From the NCBI GenBank assembly GCA_963813715.1, contig CAWFAK010000009.1:320001-384000 (forward strand): a stretch of DNA of 64,000 bases. Reading direction: 5' to 3'. The stretch is from an uncultured Planctomycetaceae bacterium (GTDB taxonomy: Bacteria > Planctomycetota > Planctomycetia > Planctomycetales > Planctomycetaceae). The notes beneath the pieces are model-generated. The model did no database searches, was not told where the DNA came from, and was given only the letters and a program-made list of their open reading frames with translations. The translations under genes were made by a program, and so were the position numbers. Numbering within the stretch: position 1 is the stretch's first letter; the number at the start of each line of letters is the position of its first letter. Positions 61,212-64,000 of this stretch are shown in pieces.

Positions 61212-61991
61212 TTGTCTCCTGAGACGAAAGTGACGTTCGGCGATCTCTCCGGTCGCAAAGCCGTGGTCACTGGCTCCTCCAGCGGGATTGGCCGCGCCAT
61301 CGCGCTCGAATTCGCCCGCGCCGGCGCCGAAGTTGTCATTCACGCTCGTCGATCCGCGGCAGCCGCCGAAAAGGTCGCGGAGGAAATCCGCGCGCTCGGA
61401 CGCCCGGCAACGGTGATCCTGGCCGACCTGGCAACAGTCGACGCCCTGCCCGGTTTCGTCGAGGAATGCTGGCAGAGCTTGAGATCGGTCGACGTCTGGG
61501 TCAACAATGCGGGGGCCGACCTGCTCACTGGGGCGGAGGCCCGGCTGGGATTCGAAGAAAAACTCCAGGTTCTGTTCGACGTCGACGTCCGTAGCACGCT
61601 GGTGCTCTCGAGGCTGGCTGGGAAGCGGATGTCCCAAGAAGCCGGCGGCGTGGTCCTCAACGTCGGCTGGGATCAGGCCGACCGCGGCATGGAAGGACCC
61701 AGTGGCGAGCTTTTTGCAGCGTCGAAGAACGCGGTCATGGGGTTTACGCGTTCTCTGGCCGTCAGCCTGGCGCCCAAGGTTCGCGTCAACTGCATTGCAC
61801 CGGGATGGATCCGCACGGCATGGGGCGAAACGGCCAGCGCCGTTTGGCAAGAACGAGTCCGCCGGGAGACGCCGCTCGAACGTTGGGGAACGCCGGAAGA
61901 TGTCGCCAAAGTGGCCCGATTTCTGGCCAGCTCCGACGCAGACTACCTTACTGGGCAAGTGATCCGCGTCAACGGCGGAGCCGTCCGCTGA
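61212..61991 (+). CDS. Atypical SDR oxidoreductase (FxxxK active site), possibly pterin-related
   Basis: TGSSSGIG, NNAG, NVGWDQ, ELFAASK, VNCIAPGWIRT. Confidence 0.88.
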   Translation: MSPETKVTFGDLSGRKAVVTGSSSGIGRAIALEFARAGAEVVIHARRSAAAAEKVAEEIRALGRPATVILADLATVDALPGFVEECWQSLRSVDVWVNNAGADLLTGAEARLGFEEKLQVLFDVDVRSTLVLSRLAGKRMSQEAGGVVLNVGWDQADRGMEGPSGELFAASKNAVMGFTRSLAVSLAPKVRVNCIAPGWIRTAWGETASAVWQERVRRETPLERWGTPEDVAKVARFLASSDADYLTGQVIRVNGGAVR

Positions 61992-62037
61992 TTCGCAGAC
62001 CTCTGCTTCAACTCGGCTTCCACAGGGAGAAACAATC

Positions 62038-62383
62038 ATGTCCGAGTATCAGCCGCTGTCCGACGACGAAGTGAAAAAGGAATTGGAGACGCTGCCGCAC
62101 TGGGAAGTCCGCGACGGCTGGCTGCGACGCGAATACAAGAACGCCCGGATTTCCCCACTCGCTGCTCTTGGCCAATACCGTCGGCTATCTGGCCGAGGCG
62201 GCCTGGCACCATCCCGACCTGTCGGTCGGCTACGCGCAGGTCATCGTCAAATTGCGGACGCACAAGGCAAACGCCCTCACTCGGCACGATGTGGCCCTCG
62301 CCCGTAAAATCGAGGAAGTGATTTCGTGGAAACCGGGCGAAGGATCGCCGCTCGGGGGCTTCCCCAAAAACTGGGTGCACTGA
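62038..62383 (+). CDS. Pterin-4a-carbinolamine dehydratase (frameshift near 62145)
   Basis: LPHWEVRDGWLRREY and ANTVGYLAEAAWHHPDL..THKANALTRHDVALARKIE. Confidence 0.9.
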
Positions 62384-62384
62384 A

Positions 62385-63827
62385 TTGAGCGCGTCCGGCT
62401 CGGGCGGTTCGAGCATTCGTCGGCAGGCGACGTCGCGGGAACAAATCGTTTTCGTGACGGGCAAACTCGCCGAATTCTCATTGCGGCGAGTCGTCGAGCG
62501 GCTGAGCGAGCAGATCGGATTCGATTTCCAGGTCGTCGTCCTGCCGATCAGCGTGGCGGCGCTCATGCAGGTGGACTGGGTCGCCCGGAAGTTAACGCTC
62601 GGGGAACGGGCCGATCGCGTGATTCTGCCCGGTTGGTGTCAGGGAGATCTCGGCACCCTCGTCGATCACTTCGCCGTTCCATTCGAGCGAGGACCGAAAG
62701 ACTTGCACAACCTGCCGGACTATTTCGGTCAATTGGCGTCGGCGCCCGATCTGAGCCGCTACGACATCGAGATCCTGGCGGAGATCAATCACGCGCCGCG
62801 ACTGGCTGACGCCGAGATTCTGCGCCTGGCGCGCGCGATGACGGCTGACGGGGCCGACGTGATCGATCTCGGCTGCGTGCCCGGCGAAAGCTGGGCACGA
62901 GCCGGTGAGGTCACCCGAGAGCTTCGCAACGAAGGTTGCCGCGTCTCCATCGACAGCTTCGAGCGACGCGAAGTCGAAGCCGCCGTCGCAGCGGGCGCCG
63001 AACTGGTCCTCAGCTGCAACAGCACCAACGTCGATTGGGTCGGCGGCCTGGGAGCGGAAGTCGTGGCCATTCCCGATGAGCCGAACGACCTCGATTCGCT
63101 CGAGCCGACCATCCAGCAGCTGACGGCGCGTGGCACACGTTTCCGCATCGATCCGATTCTCGAACCGATCGGCCATGGCTTCGCCCGGTCGCTGGAACGG
63201 TTTTTCATCGCGCGGCGGCGTTGGCCCCAGCTCGACATTCTGATGGGAGTCGGCAATCTCACCGAACTGACCGAGGTCGATTCGGCGGGGATCAACACGC
63301 TCCTCGCTGGCGTGTGCCAGGAGCTGCGAATCAAGAGCGTGCTCACCACGCAGGTGATCAATTGGGCCCGCTCGAGCGTCCGCGAGCTCGATCTGGCCCG
63401 GCGTCTGATGAGCCATGCCGTCTCGCAATCGGTCTTGCCGAAGCACGTCGATCCGCGGCTCGTCATGCTCCGCGATCCGAAGCTGGTCGAGATGACGGCC
63501 GATGAACTGGAACAAATCGCCGGTCGGATCACCGATCCGAATTACCGCGTCGTCGTGCAGGACGACAAAATCCATCTCTTCAATCGCGACGGCCACTGGT
63601 CGGGCTGCGATCCGTTCGAGTTGATCCGGCAGGCGTCCGCCGCATCCACCGCCAAAAGGCCCCTCGATCCGCTGCACACGTTCTACCTCGGCTACGAGCT
63701 GTGCAAGGCGGCCACGGCGCTCGCGCTGCACAAACAATACACGCAGGATGAGCCCTTGCAGTGGGGGTTTTTGACGGTGCCGGAGCGGAGTCACGTCGCG
63801 CGACACGGTCCGGATGCGTCGCCATGA
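62385..63827 (+). CDS. Dihydropteroate synthase-like protein (Orf20-type, H4MPT biosynthesis)
   Basis: VTGKLAE, ERGPKDL, ILAEI, GADVIDLG, VSIDS, DPILEPI, MGVGNLTELTEVDS, FYLGYELCKA..YTQDEPLQWG. Confidence 0.85.
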   Translation: MSASGSGGSSIRRQATSREQIVFVTGKLAEFSLRRVVERLSEQIGFDFQVVVLPISVAALMQVDWVARKLTLGERADRVILPGWCQGDLGTLVDHFAVPFERGPKDLHNLPDYFGQLASAPDLSRYDIEILAEINHAPRLADAEILRLARAMTADGADVIDLGCVPGESWARAGEVTRELRNEGCRVSIDSFERREVEAAVAAGAELVLSCNSTNVDWVGGLGAEVVAIPDEPNDLDSLEPTIQQLTARGTRFRIDPILEPIGHGFARSLERFFIARRRWPQLDILMGVGNLTELTEVDSAGINTLLAGVCQELRIKSVLTTQVINWARSSVRELDLARRLMSHAVSQSVLPKHVDPRLVMLRDPKLVEMTADELEQIAGRITDPNYRVVVQDDKIHLFNRDGHWSGCDPFELIRQASAASTAKRPLDPLHTFYLGYELCKAATALALHKQYTQDEPLQWGFLTVPERSHVARHGPDASP

Positions 63828-64000
63828 ACGGGCCCCTCGTCGAAGAGCTCGCTGCCGTTCCGGAGATCGCCGACGCGCTGGCCGCATTTTCCGATCAGCC
63901 CGGTCTGATTCTGTTCGATAGCGCCCTCGTGCGCGAGCCGACGGGGCGGTTCGCGTTTCTCGCCGCTGATCCCTTTGAGACGTTCGTCGTCGACCGGGCC
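63824..64000 (+). CDS. Aminodeoxychorismate synthase component I / anthranilate synthase I family, N-terminus (runs off window)
   Basis: ATGA overlap with previous stop; LILFDSA..GRFAFLAADPF motif. Confidence 0.75.
   Translation, partial: MNGPLVEELAAVPEIADALAAFSDQPGLILFDSALVREPTGRFAFLAADPFETFVVDRA

Overview
High-GC chromosomal segment of a Planctomycetota bacterium. The assignment rests on lineage-typical content: a YTV-type Cys-rich repeat protein, a BBP7-like outer-membrane barrel, HEAT-repeat secreted proteins, planctomycete-style REP palindromes and an H4MPT-type pterin gene cluster. Housekeeping genes (der, rnc, degP/htrA, ispG, fabI, pgsA, rimO, tRNA-Gln-UUG) are interspersed with envelope and accessory genes (alpha-2-macroglobulin, S41-like protease, di-heme cytochrome c/beta-propeller protein, Tm-1-like pair, Ser/Thr kinase, HDOD regulator). 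Roughly twenty genes are broken by small indels, most likely long-read assembly errors; these are reported as joined CDSs with approximate ends. I saw no transposase, integrase, CRISPR array or rRNA. Most notable observations: (1) an unannotated 23-aa Lys/Ala histone-H1-like micropeptide with a strong RBS, behind a structured ~230-nt leader with alternative pairings and a CG-alternating/A-tract upstream region, convergent on rnc; (2) a YTV protein built as two symmetric arms of 8 x 16-aa Cys repeats; (3) an alpha-2-macroglobulin whose CxEQ thioester motif is rewritten as TTDC and which is bracketed by twin REPINs; (4) an SDR with Phe in place of the catalytic Tyr leading the pterin cluster; (5) a chimeric remnant of both Tm-1-like genes. 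All calls come from reading the sequence; no database searches were run.
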